A DNA stretch of 32,000 nt. Origin: Candidatus Saccharimonadota bacterium (lineage in GTDB: Bacteria; Pseudomonadota; Gammaproteobacteria; Enterobacterales; Enterobacteriaceae). The DNA lies in contig NZ_CP010048.1 of NCBI RefSeq assembly GCF_000973505.1, positions 270,001 through 302,000 of the forward strand, in the 5' to 3' direction. A model generated the notes under the pieces. The model searched no databases and had not been told where the DNA came from. It worked only from the letters and a program-made list of their open reading frames with translations. Of the stretch, positions 1-10,382 are shown piece after piece (the first letter of the stretch is position 1; each line of letters begins with the position of its first letter). A program made the translations under genes and the position numbers.

Positions 1-115
1 TATAATATGTGATGGTAGACATTAGTATTATACTTAATATAGTAAGAACTAATATTGTAATCATAACTATTGGTTCATTATATGGAATATTATTAGAGGT
101 TAATTTTCCAAACAT
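1..115 (-). CDS. cyoB: cytochrome bo3 ubiquinol oxidase subunit I, 5' end only (runs off left edge)
   Basis: Reverse-strand ATG at 115-113 is preceded by AAGGA. The translation MFGKLTSNNIPYNEPIVMITIL... matches the E. coli CyoB N-terminus [21 protein letters not shown]. It lies downstream of cyoA on the same strand, as in cyoABCDE. Confidence 0.85.
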   Translation of the reverse strand, partial: MFGKLTSNNIPYNEPIVMITILVLTILSIILMSTITYY

Positions 116-355
116 TTTTTTTCCTTGAATTATTTAATAATTTTAAGATAGCATAATATTGTTTATACAGATTGTATTTTGTTATAATGAATTGTATTGT
201 TTGTTATATATCATTATATATCATAATGATACTTATATATTATATAATAGATAAATAATAGGGAGGTATATTATTTATTTTTTTGGGGTTTCTGAAGTGT
301 GATTAATCTATTCTTTTTATATTTTATCACGGGTTATAGTTATAATAATATTAAA

Positions 356-1234
356 TTATGTAGAATGAGCAAATTTATTGATAACATCATTAAATAGATT
401 GACTTTAACTTCGGAAAAATATTCTACTGGATGATTTTCTGTCGGGCGTGCTAGTTTTTCATAGAATTCCATATTATTGAGTTTTTTGTGTGATAAATGA
501 ATCATTTGTACCCATTCTTTAAATTCTTCTATATTTTTTGTAGCAATTGCATTGAATTTCATTCCAGAAAATCCATATCCGCTAAAATTTGAAGATATTC
601 CTTTATAAATTCCAGGTTGATTGGCAATTAAATGTAATATTGTATGCATGCCTGCCATAGCGTAGATTTGGCTGCCTAATTGTGGAATAAAAAATGCATT
701 CATGACTGAATTAGAAGTAATATTGAATTGTAATGGTGTATTTATTGGAAAAACTATTTCATTAATTGTTGCGATATTTTCTTTTGGGTAAATAAATAAC
801 CATTTCCAATCAAGTGCAATGACTTGGATGGTAATTGGATCTAGAGTGGATGTAATTTTTTTTTGCGGATCTAATGTGTGTGTAGATTTCCATGTTAACG
901 TTGCTAAAATAGTGATGATAATAATTGGTATGCTCCAAATGGTTATTTCAATTTTATGATTGTTAGTCCAATTAGGGTTGTAGTTATTGTGAGTATTAGA
1001 TGATCTGTATTTAACAGCAAAAATGATTGTCATAGTAATAGCCGGTATGACTACGATAAGCATTAATGTCAAGGCAATTAATATTAACGAACGTTCTTGT
1101 AATCCCACATTTCCTTTTGGATGCATTAGTATGATGTTGTTACATCCTGTTAGTAAAGTGTTTATTACAAAATAAAATATTATTATTGATACTGTTTTTA
1201 GTAACCTGATACAGGGTGTGAAATGATGTTTCAT
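356..1234 (-). CDS. cyoA: cytochrome bo3 ubiquinol oxidase subunit II (lipoprotein)
   Basis: The ORF runs 356..1321, but similarity to E. coli CyoA begins at the internal Met at 1234 (MKHHFTPCIRLLKTVSIIIFYFVINTLLTGC). That start gives a signal peptide plus the lipobox LTGC. Conserved blocks are ERSLIL, MLIVVIPAI, DWKWLFIYP, SNSVMNAFFIP and GSQIYAMAGM. The His/Met-rich C-terminal tail of E. coli CyoA is absent. Confidence 0.93.
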   Translation of the reverse strand: MKHHFTPCIRLLKTVSIIIFYFVINTLLTGCNNIILMHPKGNVGLQERSLILIALTLMLIVVIPAITMTIIFAVKYRSSNTHNNYNPNWTNNHKIEITIWSIPIIIITILATLTWKSTHTLDPQKKITSTLDPITIQVIALDWKWLFIYPKENIATINEIVFPINTPLQFNITSNSVMNAFFIPQLGSQIYAMAGMHTILHLIANQPGIYKGISSNFSGYGFSGMKFNAIATKNIEEFKEWVQMIHLSHKKLNNMEFYEKLARPTENHPVEYFSEVKVNLFNDVINKFAHST

Positions 1235-1673
1235 GATAACAATCTCAAATTTAATTTTGGATAATGTAAAGTTTTTATTATTTTTTAATATAGAGTAATA
1301 AAGGTTATGTAATATTTTCATTTTAACATATAGTGATCATTGCATCATTATTTCAATAATACAGTACGATTTTATTATATTAAAATTAATGTTGTAATTT
1401 ATTTTTGTTATTGATGAATTTTGAACAGTTTTGTTTTTAGTGTGCATTTATTCTAATAATATAGGATACTTGATATCTATAATTTATAAAATCATTAGTA
1501 ATAATAATATTTTATGTGTTTGAAAAATAATTTTTAATTAGATATCATTGCGAAAGTATGCATGGGTGTATTTAATGTTAAGGTAATTTTTATATTTATT
1601 ATTTGAATTATTTAAAAAATTATAAATTTTGAGATATTTAATATCATAATATTTTTTATGGGAAAATTATAAA

Positions 1674-2291
1674 ATGTTATATTGTAAATCAGGTCAGGAA
1701 GAATCATATGTTTCTTTAGTTCCGACTGTAATTGAGAGAACTATACAGGGGGATCGTGCTTACGATATTTTTTCACTGTTATTAAAAGAGCGTATTATTT
1801 TTGTCACTGGAAATATTGAAGATCAAATGGCTAATTTAATTGTTGCACAGATGATATTTTTAGAGTCTGAAAATGCTGAAAAAGATATTTATTTATATAT
1901 AAATTCTCCTGGGGGGGTAATAACGGCAGGAATGTCTATTTATGATACCATGCAATTCATTAAGCCAGATGTTAACACTTTTTGTATGGGACAAGCAATT
2001 TCAATGAGTGCATTTTTATTAGCATCTGGTACTAAAGGAAAACGTTTTAGTTTGCCAAATGCTAGAATAATGATTCATCAACCATTAGGAGGATTTTATG
2101 GTCAGGCTACTGACATTGAGATTCATACTAAGGAAATATTGAGAATTAAAGCTAAGATGAATGAATTGTTGTCAAAACATACCGGACAATCTGTTGATGT
2201 CATTACTCAGGATACTGAACGTGATTGTTTTTTATCTGCTAATGAAGCAATTGATTATGGATTGTTGGATTTTATATTACAGAAGCGTTAA
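1674..2291 (+). CDS. clpP: ATP-dependent Clp protease proteolytic subunit
   Basis: Near-colinear match to E. coli ClpP, for example [29 protein letters not shown]. The catalytic Ser (GQAISMSAF), His (MIHQP) and Asp (TERD) are present. Confidence 0.97.
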   Translation: MLYCKSGQEESYVSLVPTVIERTIQGDRAYDIFSLLLKERIIFVTGNIEDQMANLIVAQMIFLESENAEKDIYLYINSPGGVITAGMSIYDTMQFIKPDVNTFCMGQAISMSAFLLASGTKGKRFSLPNARIMIHQPLGGFYGQATDIEIHTKEILRIKAKMNELLSKHTGQSVDVITQDTERDCFLSANEAIDYGLLDFILQKR

Positions 2292-2462
2292 GAATGATGG
2301 ATATTTGTAGTACAATAATTTAACAATTTACTATTGTTTAATCTTAAGTATTAAATTTTGTTAGATGTTTTAGTGATAATTGTTATTAGATGTTGTAGTT
2401 TTCATTATATTAGTAATGATATTGAGTTTTGATTTTAAAATTAAATATAAGAGGTTATATAT

Positions 2463-3734
2463 ATGATAGAAGATGATGGATGTTCTTCTGAGGAATTATT
2501 GTGTTGTTCTTTTTGTAAAAAAAATCAACATGAAGTGAAAAAATTAATTTCTGGTATATTACGTGTCTATATTTGCAATGAATGTGTTGATTTATATAGT
2601 TATGTTATTCGAAAAGAAGGTGAAAAAAAGTTTGAGTTATATAATGATACTCATTATACTCCTCACGAGATATATTCTCATTTAGATGAGTATGTCATCG
2701 GACAAAAAACAGCTAAAAAGGTATTATCTGTGGCGGTATATAATCATTATAAGCGTTTACGCAATTCGACTATTAATTTTATCAAACATGATAAAAATGA
2801 GGTAGAATTAGGAAAAAGTAATGTTTTATTAATTGGCCCAACTGGTAGTGGAAAAACTTTATTAGCTGAAACGTTAGCTCGTTTTCTTAATATACCATTT
2901 TCGATATCAGATGCGACTACTTTAACTGAAGCGGGGTATGTAGGTGAGGATGTGGAAAATATTGTTCAAAGATTATTGCAAAAATGTGATTTTGATGTAC
3001 AAAAAGCGCAGTGTGGCATCATTTATGTAGATGAAATAGATAAAATTTCAAGAAAATCAGATAATCCATCTATTACCAGGGATGTATCTGGGGAGGGAGT
3101 ACAACAAGCGTTGTTAAGGTTGATGGAAGGCACTGTAGCAGCTGTTGCACCACAAGGAGGGCGAAAACATCCAAATCAAGAATTTATTTATGTAAATACT
3201 GCTAATATACTGTTTATTTTTGGAGGTACTTTTTTTGGTTTAGAGAAAATCATTCAAAAACGTGTTTCAAGTAATCGGAATATAGGATTTTGTAAATCAG
3301 TTGGTAGTGATTTTAAAGGTGTTTTAGATTATAATGCATTGTTAAGTGAGTTAAAGTCGGAAGATTTAATTAAATTTGGATTGATTCCAGAATTTGTTGG
3401 TAGACTTCCTATTTCAGCAGTATTACATGAATTAAGTGAAGAATTGTTGGTTAAAGTTTTGTATGAGCCTAAAAATTCTCTTATAAAGCAATATCGAAGT
3501 TTATTTAATTTAGATGGTATTACATTGGAGTTTTGTGATGGTTCTCTTGAGGCTATAGCCAAAAAAAGTATAGTAATGAAGTCTGGAGTTAGAGGTTTAC
3601 GTTCTATTTTAGAAAGTATATTGTTAGATGTTATGTACGAGTTGCCATCTCAAACAGGGGTGGAGAAAGTTATAATCAATCAGGCAGTTGTAAAAGGTGA
3701 ATCAAGCCCGATGTTAGTGTATAAATCATTTTAA
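2463..3734 (+). CDS. clpX: ATP-dependent Clp protease ATP-binding subunit ClpX
   Basis: It has the N-terminal zinc-binding CSFC...CNEC motif, Walker A GPTGSGKT, and GYVGEDVEN. Long identical runs to E. coli ClpX include [24 protein letters not shown]. It lies directly downstream of clpP, as in E. coli. Confidence 0.97.
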   Translation: MIEDDGCSSEELLCCSFCKKNQHEVKKLISGILRVYICNECVDLYSYVIRKEGEKKFELYNDTHYTPHEIYSHLDEYVIGQKTAKKVLSVAVYNHYKRLRNSTINFIKHDKNEVELGKSNVLLIGPTGSGKTLLAETLARFLNIPFSISDATTLTEAGYVGEDVENIVQRLLQKCDFDVQKAQCGIIYVDEIDKISRKSDNPSITRDVSGEGVQQALLRLMEGTVAAVAPQGGRKHPNQEFIYVNTANILFIFGGTFFGLEKIIQKRVSSNRNIGFCKSVGSDFKGVLDYNALLSELKSEDLIKFGLIPEFVGRLPISAVLHELSEELLVKVLYEPKNSLIKQYRSLFNLDGITLEFCDGSLEAIAKKSIVMKSGVRGLRSILESILLDVMYELPSQTGVEKVIINQAVVKGESSPMLVYKSF

Positions 3735-3852
3735 TTGTTTATATTTATTATTGTTTGTATGTTGTTGTTCCTTAAGTATGTTTTAGAATTTTATATATAA
3801 TTAAGAATATTTTTCGGAATAAATCAAGAATATTTTAATATAGTGACATAGT

Positions 3853-4086
3853 TTATTTTTTAAATAAAAAATGTAACATTTCATTCTCTAATATTTTCCT
3901 ATCGTTTGGATTAATCATGTTTAGTTTTTTTTCGTTGATTAATATGGTTTGTTGTTTTTGCCATTCTATCCAGGCTTTTTTTGAAATATTTTCGTAAATT
4001 ATCTTTCCTAGTTTTCCAGGATAGCATGGAGATTCTAATGCTTCAGCATCTTTTTTAAAAAAAGAACAGTAGATTATTTTTTTCAT
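3853..4086 (-). CDS. yggX: Fe(2+)-trafficking / oxidative-damage protection protein YggX
   Basis: The 77 aa product matches E. coli YggX ([34 protein letters not shown] vs [34 protein letters not shown]). It is immediately downstream of mutY, as in E. coli. Confidence 0.9.
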   Translation of the reverse strand: MKKIIYCSFFKKDAEALESPCYPGKLGKIIYENISKKAWIEWQKQQTILINEKKLNMINPNDRKILENEMLHFLFKK

Positions 4087-4127
4087 AAATATGAATTATT
4101 TTTATATATATGATATTGTTAATAGTT

Positions 4128-5186
4128 TTATTTTAAGTAGTTTATTTGTTGTAATAATTTTAACATTGGTTGAGGAAAACCAATAGTTTGTGGTTGAATA
4201 AGATCAAACCATAATCCGGTGTTTTTTTTATTTTCTGTTGTTAAATGTAGAATTTTATTTAGAGTAAATATTATTGGTGTAATATATATGTGATAATTAC
4301 TTAATGTGTGTTGTAACAATGGTAATATTGTATATTGTTTTGGATTTAAATTGTGATGAATTAACCAATGGTTTAGGTTATTTTGTGTTTTGAATTGTGG
4401 AAAGCAAAATAATCCTTTCCATATTTTTCCTGATAAGCATTGTTCAATCCATACTGTATTTTTGTATTGTAGTATTAATAACCACAAATTTTTTTTAAAT
4501 GTAGTTTTTTGAGTTTGTTTATTTGGATATTTATGAACTATATTGTTCAGATTAGCTTGACATGTAGTGTTCAGTGGGCAAATAGGACATTTTGGATTTT
4601 TTATTGTACAGATCATTTCTCCCAAATCCATCAAACCTTGATTAAATTTTGATATATTATTGTGGGGAGTAACTTCATCAATTATTATCCATAGTTTTTT
4701 TTCTATTTTATTTTTTTTAGGACACCCGTCGATTATGTGATATCGAGTAAGTATACGTTTTACATTACTATCTAAAATTGGGTGACTTTTTTCTAAGGCT
4801 AATGATAATATTGCACCTGCAGTTGAACGTCCAATTCCTGGAAGGGTGATGAGAATACTGAAATCAGCGGGAAAAACAGCATAATATTTATTTACTATAA
4901 TTTTAGCAGTTTTGTAGAGATTATGAGCTCGGGTATAATAACCAAGCCCGCTCCAAACATGGAGTACTGTGTTTAATTCTGATTTTGCTAATGTTATTAT
5001 ATTGGGAAATTTATTTATAAATCGATTAAAAAATGGTAATACTCTGATTATTTGTGTTTGTTGTAACATAATTTCTGACACCCAGATTGTATAGGGTGTT
5101 TTTTTTATTTGCCATGGTAGCGTTTTTCTGCCATGTATATTATACCAATGAATGATTTTTTTTGAGAATTCTGATTTTATTGTCAT
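4128..5186 (-). CDS. mutY: adenine DNA glycosylase (A/G-specific)
   Basis: GRKTLPWQIKKTPYTIWVSEIMLQQTQ and LPGIGRSTAGAILSL match E. coli MutY. The 4Fe-4S cysteine pattern C-x6-C-x2-C-x5-C is intact (CTIKNPKCPICPLNTTC). Confidence 0.93.
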   Translation of the reverse strand: MTIKSEFSKKIIHWYNIHGRKTLPWQIKKTPYTIWVSEIMLQQTQIIRVLPFFNRFINKFPNIITLAKSELNTVLHVWSGLGYYTRAHNLYKTAKIIVNKYYAVFPADFSILITLPGIGRSTAGAILSLALEKSHPILDSNVKRILTRYHIIDGCPKKNKIEKKLWIIIDEVTPHNNISKFNQGLMDLGEMICTIKNPKCPICPLNTTCQANLNNIVHKYPNKQTQKTTFKKNLWLLILQYKNTVWIEQCLSGKIWKGLFCFPQFKTQNNLNHWLIHHNLNPKQYTILPLLQHTLSNYHIYITPIIFTLNKILHLTTENKKNTGLWFDLIQPQTIGFPQPMLKLLQQINYLK

Positions 5187-5292
5187 AAAGTATGATTATT
5201 TTTGTATTTTTGTTTAAGCTAAAACGTTGTAATACATATAAAGTAGTAGGATATTCGTTGAATTTATTAATTATTTTTACATGAAATAAAGT

Positions 5293-5988
5293 TTATATTT
5301 TTTTTTTGAAAATTGCTTTTCCTATTCGTATAAGTGTGCTACCAGCTGAAATAGCTGCTTCTATGTCATCGCTCATTCCCATCGATAATGTGTCAATATT
5401 TTGTGTAGTTTGTTTTAATGTGTCAAATATTTTTTTCATATTGTTAAATGTTACTAGTTGTTTATGAAACTTTGTTTCATGTTTTGGGATGCACATAATT
5501 CCTCTAAGATGTAATCGTGGATATATATTAATAATGTTTGATAAATTCTTTAATTGATTGGGATGAATGCCAGATTTTGTTGGTTCTGAGTCGATATTGA
5601 TTTGTATCAATACATTTAGTGGGGGAAGTGTGGTAGGGCGTTGTTTATTGAGTCGATAAGCGATATGTGCGTTGTCTATGGTATGGCACCAATCAAAATA
5701 TTCTGCAATATAACGTGTTTTGTTAGATTGTATTGAGCCAATATAATGCCAAATTAGTTTATTGTATTTTATTGTTTTTTTAAAGTATTGTATTTTTTCT
5801 ATCCCTTCTTGAACATAATTTTCGCCAAAATTTTTTTCTTTCATATCGATTGCTTTTTTGATGTTGCTAATAGTTTGTGTTTTTGTGGCTATAAGCATTG
5901 AAATATCTTTTTTATTTCTGTTATAATTTTTTGCGAAAGTATCAATTTGACAGTGTATTTTTTGTAGGTTATTTGGAATATCATTCAT
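5293..5988 (-). CDS. yggS: PLP-binding homeostasis protein YggS
   Basis: The ORF runs 5293..6051, but alignment with E. coli YggS (MNDIAHNL...) begins at the internal Met at 5988 (MNDIPNNLQK). Conserved blocks are FGENYVQEG, SNK, FDWCHTID, LPPLNVLIQINI and LSMGMSDD.EAAI.AGST..RIG. Confidence 0.9.
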   Translation of the reverse strand: MNDIPNNLQKIHCQIDTFAKNYNRNKKDISMLIATKTQTISNIKKAIDMKEKNFGENYVQEGIEKIQYFKKTIKYNKLIWHYIGSIQSNKTRYIAEYFDWCHTIDNAHIAYRLNKQRPTTLPPLNVLIQINIDSEPTKSGIHPNQLKNLSNIINIYPRLHLRGIMCIPKHETKFHKQLVTFNNMKKIFDTLKQTTQNIDTLSMGMSDDIEAAISAGSTLIRIGKAIFKKKI

Positions 5989-6258
5989 AATTGTAAATAT
6001 GTTAAAATTGTAATCGAGTGTCATTGTATTAATATTAATGTTTATTAGCAACGTTTTTATTGAGTTTCAGTTGTTAGGATGTGTATATATCGAATATTTA
6101 ATATTTTTTTGTATTTGTTTATATTTGTATATTTAAGATTTATTGCAATGTTGTTTATTTGTTTTGTGTTATTTTGTTGTTATTTTAATTTGTACAATTG
6201 ATTATAAATTTTAGTGAAAAGTATAAATTTAATGTTTTAATGTTTGTATGAATTTTAT

Positions 6259-6678
6259 TTATGTTTTTTGTAACCAACTTTCTAAAATAATAACTGCAGA
6301 TATTGAATTTATTTGATTCGGTTTTAGTGATCGAAATCCATGGTATTTAAATAGTCGAGACCGTGCTTCAATAGTGCTAAATCGTTCGTCTTGCATGATC
6401 ACTTTAAGATCAAATGTTTTATGTAACATTTTTGAAAATTCATATGTTAAATAAGTTAGTGGTTGATTCGTGCCATTTATGTTTATTGGTAAACCCACGA
6501 TGAATATTTTTGGTTGCCATATATTAAAAATTTTTTTCATTATGTCCCAATTGGGTTGATATTTTTTAGTTTGCAATGTGGTTATTGGTTGTGCAGTATA
6601 TGTTAATTGTTGTCCTACAGCAATTCCGATATTTTTTAATCCAAAGTCAAATCCCATGACAATTCCTGTGATTTTCAT
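6259..6678 (-). CDS. ruvX: putative pre-16S rRNA nuclease / Holliday-junction-resolvase-like YqgF
   Basis: GFDFGLKNIGIAVGQ, DERFSTIEAR and SAVIILESW match E. coli YqgF. The start codon abuts the yqgE stop, as in the yqgE-yqgF pair. Confidence 0.9.
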   Translation of the reverse strand: MKITGIVMGFDFGLKNIGIAVGQQLTYTAQPITTLQTKKYQPNWDIMKKIFNIWQPKIFIVGLPININGTNQPLTYLTYEFSKMLHKTFDLKVIMQDERFSTIEARSRLFKYHGFRSLKPNQINSISAVIILESWLQKT

Positions 6679-7245
6679 TTACGCATGTCCTTTTTGATTA
6701 ATAATATTGTAAATATCAATGCCTAATATTTTAGCTGCTTTTTCCCATCGTGAAATAATAGGTATATGAAATAGAATTTCTTTATTCGCGGGTGTAGTTA
6801 ACCAAGTGTTTTCTCGTAGTTCATGTTCTAGTTGTCCTTGTTCCCATCCAGAATAGCCAAAAGCTACTAAGATTTCTTCGGGTTGAGTATAACTACCAAT
6901 GCTTTCTAATATATCTCTAGATGTTGTAATCATAGTGTGGGAAGAGACTTCAATACTAGATCCAAAACCTTTTTGTGGTGTGTGTAAGATAAAACCGCGA
7001 TCTTCTGCTAATGGTCCACCAGCAAATACCGGCTGAGTTAGGTGTTTAGAGAGTTTTTTTTGGATTAATGGTGTAATTTTTAAATTTTGTAATATCGTTT
7101 CAATAGTGAATTCTTTAATTGGTTTGTTAATAATAAGTCCCATGGCACCGTATTTATTGTGTTCACAAACATAAATGACTGAATGTTTAAACAATGGATT
7201 TTGTAATGTTGGCATGGCTATTAGAAAGTGATCTTGTAAGTTCAT
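6679..7245 (-). CDS. yqgE: UPF0301 family protein YqgE
   Basis: [30 protein letters not shown]... aligns with E. coli Yqg[46 protein letters not shown] is conserved. Confidence 0.9.
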   Translation of the reverse strand: MNLQDHFLIAMPTLQNPLFKHSVIYVCEHNKYGAMGLIINKPIKEFTIETILQNLKITPLIQKKLSKHLTQPVFAGGPLAEDRGFILHTPQKGFGSSIEVSSHTMITTSRDILESIGSYTQPEEILVAFGYSGWEQGQLEHELRENTWLTTPANKEILFHIPIISRWEKAAKILGIDIYNIINQKGHA

Positions 7246-7724
7246 TGTAATAGTTATATATTGATAATTAATATTAAAGTTGATACCAATCTTTTTTTAT
7301 ATCAAAATTTTGAATTTTTTTGTAAGTTAACCTTATGTAGTGTTAGGCGATATTAATTGTTATTTGAAATTTATGAACATTATTATTATATTTTATAATA
7401 ACGGTGCATATAATTTTATAATGAGAAATATTTATTTTATTTAAGTATATTGTGTTTTTTTGTTCATTAATAGTATGATTTATACATAATGTTTGTGTTT
7501 AAATAGTTAAATTATTTAATGAATTATTTAAATTATATTTTATTTAGAGAGTTATCAAAAAAATATTAGTACTGTTATACAGTTATACAAATAAATAGTA
7601 TTACTTATATTTTAGTGATTTAGTGATTTTGTCTTTTGAAAATACAACACCCCATGTCAGATGTTATAATCTGTTTATCGGAATATATTTAAATATTTTA
7701 ATTTTAAAGATATATTTGTAATTA

Positions 7725-8885
7725 TTAACACGTGAATGTTTTTATGGTTTCTTTCAGAAGAGCGACTTTATCAGTTTTTTCCCAAGGAAATTGTTCTCGT
7801 CCGAAATGTCCATAAGCTGCTGTTTCTTTGTAAATTGGTTGCAAAAGATGTAACATGTTTACTAGTGCATGTGGTTGAAAATCAAAAATTTTTTTAATTA
7901 GTTTATATAATAGTTTAATAGGAACATGTTCTGTTCCGAAAGTTTCAAGCATTATAGAAATTGGGTCAATGATTCCAATAGCATAAGATATTTGTAGTTC
8001 ACAACGATCGGCTAATCCTGAAGCTACAATATTTTTTGTTATGTATCTTGCTGCGTATGATGCTGATCTATCAATTTTGAATGGATCTTTTCCAGAAAAT
8101 GCTCCTCCCCCATGTCTAGCCATTCCTCCATAAGTGTCTACAATAATTTTTCTTCCAGTTAATCCACAGTCTCCTATCGGTCCCCCGATAACGAAACGGC
8201 CTATTGAATTAATAAAAAATTTTGTTTGTTGAGAAATCCATTGTTGAGGCAATATTGGTTTAATAATTTCTTCCATGACAGCTTCTTTGAGAATGGTGGT
8301 GGTTATGTCTTCAGTATGTTGAACAGATAACACTACTGCTTCAATTCGTATAATTTTCCCATTTTCGTAGGAAAATGTTATTTGGCTTTTAGCATCTGGC
8401 CGAAGCCAAGGAAGTATGCCGTTTTTTCGTACATAAGCTTGTTGTGCAACTAATCGATGCGCATAAACAATCGGGGCTGGCATGAGCACATTGGTTTCGT
8501 TACTAGCATAGCCAAACATTACTCCCTGGTCGTTTGCTCCTAATTTATCCCTAGATTGAGATTTTAAATATGTTCGAATATCTTGAGATTGTTTCCCTAT
8601 AAGATTTAATATTGCGCATGAATTTGCATCAAAACCCATACTTGGGTGAATATAACCAATGTTTCGTATTGTATCACGAACAATTTCTTCTATATCTATT
8701 TGAGCAGATGTATTAATTTCACCTCCTACCAAAACAATACCTGTTTTTATATATACTTCGCAAGCTACACTGGCTATAGTGTCTTGTGTTAAAATTGCAT
8801 CTAATATAGCATCAGAAATTTGGTCGGCAATTTTATCTGGATGTCCTTCAGAGACTGATTCGGAAGTGAATGAATATAGAGTCAT
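7725..8885 (-). CDS. metK: S-adenosylmethionine synthetase
   Basis: [27 protein letters not shown]-like [14 protein letters not shown] and GGGAFSGKD are present. There is full-length colinearity with E. coli MetK. Confidence 0.97.
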   Translation of the reverse strand: MTLYSFTSESVSEGHPDKIADQISDAILDAILTQDTIASVACEVYIKTGIVLVGGEINTSAQIDIEEIVRDTIRNIGYIHPSMGFDANSCAILNLIGKQSQDIRTYLKSQSRDKLGANDQGVMFGYASNETNVLMPAPIVYAHRLVAQQAYVRKNGILPWLRPDAKSQITFSYENGKIIRIEAVVLSVQHTEDITTTILKEAVMEEIIKPILPQQWISQQTKFFINSIGRFVIGGPIGDCGLTGRKIIVDTYGGMARHGGGAFSGKDPFKIDRSASYAARYITKNIVASGLADRCELQISYAIGIIDPISIMLETFGTEHVPIKLLYKLIKKIFDFQPHALVNMLHLLQPIYKETAAYGHFGREQFPWEKTDKVALLKETIKTFTC

Positions 8886-8977
8886 TATAATAATGTTGTT
8901 TCGTATATTTATATATGATTGTTAAATTGGGTTATTTTATTTATAAAACTTGTATTTAAATATTAAATCATACATCC

Positions 8978-9004
8978 AATAATTCACAGTTAATAATTCA
9001 CAGT
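8978..9004. repeat. tandem micro-duplication: 13-nt AATAATTCACAGT x2, period 14
   Basis: Copies at 8978-8990 and 8992-9004 are identical and separated by one T. The repeat is in the metK/speB divergent spacer. The second copy runs into an exact TATAAT at 9004-9009. Confidence 0.9.
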
Positions 9005-9164
9005 ATAATATAAATATAAAGTGTATTTTAAAATTTTTTATTTATCAATTATAATCCATAATTTAATTTTAAAAAAGTTATTAATTTGCATAATATATGA
9101 TATTACATTAGTATGATCAAATTTTATCTATGTTCTATATCATGATATTATAGGATATATTTTT

Positions 9165-10085
9165 ATGAATACTTTAGGTTATGCGCCAGATTTTTCTTTA
9201 GTTTCTAATGCTTTTGGTTTTTTGCGTTTTCCGTTAGAGTATAATCCTTATACTGTAGATGCTGACTGGGTTATTACTGGTGTGCCATTTGACATGGCTA
9301 CAACAGGTCGTTCCGGTAGTCGGCATGGTCCTAGTGCAATTCGCCAAGTATCTACTCATTTAGCTTGGGAACAGTTTCGTTGGCCTTGGAATTTTGATCT
9401 TCGAAAAAAGTTAAGGATTATAGATTGTGGCGATTTAGTTTTTAATTTTGGGGATGCTCAAGATATGAGTAATAAATTACAGATGCATGCTGAGTTACTT
9501 TTATCTTCTGGGAAAAGAATGTTGTCTTTTGGTGGTGATCATTATATCACTTTGCCTTTGTTGCGTGCTTATGCAAAACATTTTAATAAATTAGCTATAA
9601 TACATTTTGACGCGCATACTGATATGCACAATAGTAAAAGTCAATACGATCATGGCAGCATTTTTTTTCATGCTGTAAATGAGAAGTTAATTAATCCGCA
9701 TCATTCGATTCAAATTGGTATTCGTACGGAGTGTAATCATGCAAACAATTTTACTATAATAGATGCAGAGTATATTCGCAGATGTGATTCTAATTTTTTG
9801 TTTGAAGAGGTAAAAAAATTTCTTAATTCTGCTGGCGAAGTTCCCTTTTATTTAACTTTTGATATTGATTGTTTAGACCCATCAGTAGCTCCTGGCACTG
9901 GTACCCCAGTAGTTGGGGGGTTGCATACTAATTTGGCGCTTAATTTGTTACGTAATTTACAGTTTTGCAATATTGTGGGTATGGATGTTGTCGAAGTAGC
10001 ACCAGCGTATGATTGTTCGCAAATTACTTCTTTAGCTGCTGCAAGCATAGCATTGGATATGTTACACGTTGTTGTAAAAGATTAA
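9165..10085 (+). CDS. speB: agmatinase (ureohydrolase family)
   Basis: The match to E. coli SpeB is full length ([28 protein letters not shown]). The Mn-ligand motifs GGDH, HFDAHTD and DIDCLDP are intact. Confidence 0.93.
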   Translation: MNTLGYAPDFSLVSNAFGFLRFPLEYNPYTVDADWVITGVPFDMATTGRSGSRHGPSAIRQVSTHLAWEQFRWPWNFDLRKKLRIIDCGDLVFNFGDAQDMSNKLQMHAELLLSSGKRMLSFGGDHYITLPLLRAYAKHFNKLAIIHFDAHTDMHNSKSQYDHGSIFFHAVNEKLINPHHSIQIGIRTECNHANNFTIIDAEYIRRCDSNFLFEEVKKFLNSAGEVPFYLTFDIDCLDPSVAPGTGTPVVGGLHTNLALNLLRNLQFCNIVGMDVVEVAPAYDCSQITSLAAASIALDMLHVVVKD

Positions 10086-10382
10086 GTAAAGTGTTATTTA
10101 GTGTGTAAAGTTGTTACAAAATATTAGTTATTTGACTTACTAGCTAGTATTACAATAGTTATTAAATATTGTTTTGATTCTTGTTTAAAGATAAGAAAAT
10201 AGTACGTGTTGTATACGGAAATATTTACAGGATTTTAAAATTGTTATAATTTGTCAATGAAAAATTGAATTGTTGTTATTTGTGATGATTTTAGTGTTAT
10301 TGATTTAATGTATGTTATGTTTTGTGATTTGTTTGATTTAAAAGGAAGTATTTTATAAACTTTAAGTATGAAAAGGTTATAT

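Noticed and set aside
1322-1673. Candidate sigma-70 or sigma-32 promoters for clpP, for example TTGAAT at 1603 with TATAAA at 1621. Similar TTGACA or TATAAT look-alikes occur in other spacers (15095, 19304, 22444).
   Set aside because: The spacings are wrong (about 12-13 nt) or the partner hexamers are poor. In sequence this AT-rich, -10-like hexamers are everywhere, so I cannot support any of these calls.
3329-3562. A 77-aa antisense ORF inside clpX. The same class of ORF occurs at 9848-10048 (in speB), 18762-18950 (in ygfZ), 21170-21469 and 21815-22006 (in lysS).
   Set aside because: All lie opposite strongly conserved coding sequence and show no independent coding signal. They are spurious.
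3735-3852. Repeats shared between the two rearrangement junctions (3735-3852 and 28932-29190) that might have mediated recombination.
   Set aside because: Comparison by eye found no shared segment beyond trivial A/T runs. The local direct repeat AAGAATATTTT x2 (3802-3836) has no counterpart at the other junction.
7636-7655. TTGAAaatacaacaCCCCATgt, a sigma-32-like pair of elements in the metK-yqgE spacer.
   Set aside because: The spacer between TTGAA and CCCCAT is only 9 nt, whereas about 13-15 nt is required. The motif also points into the 3' end of metK on the antisense strand, with no gene to drive.
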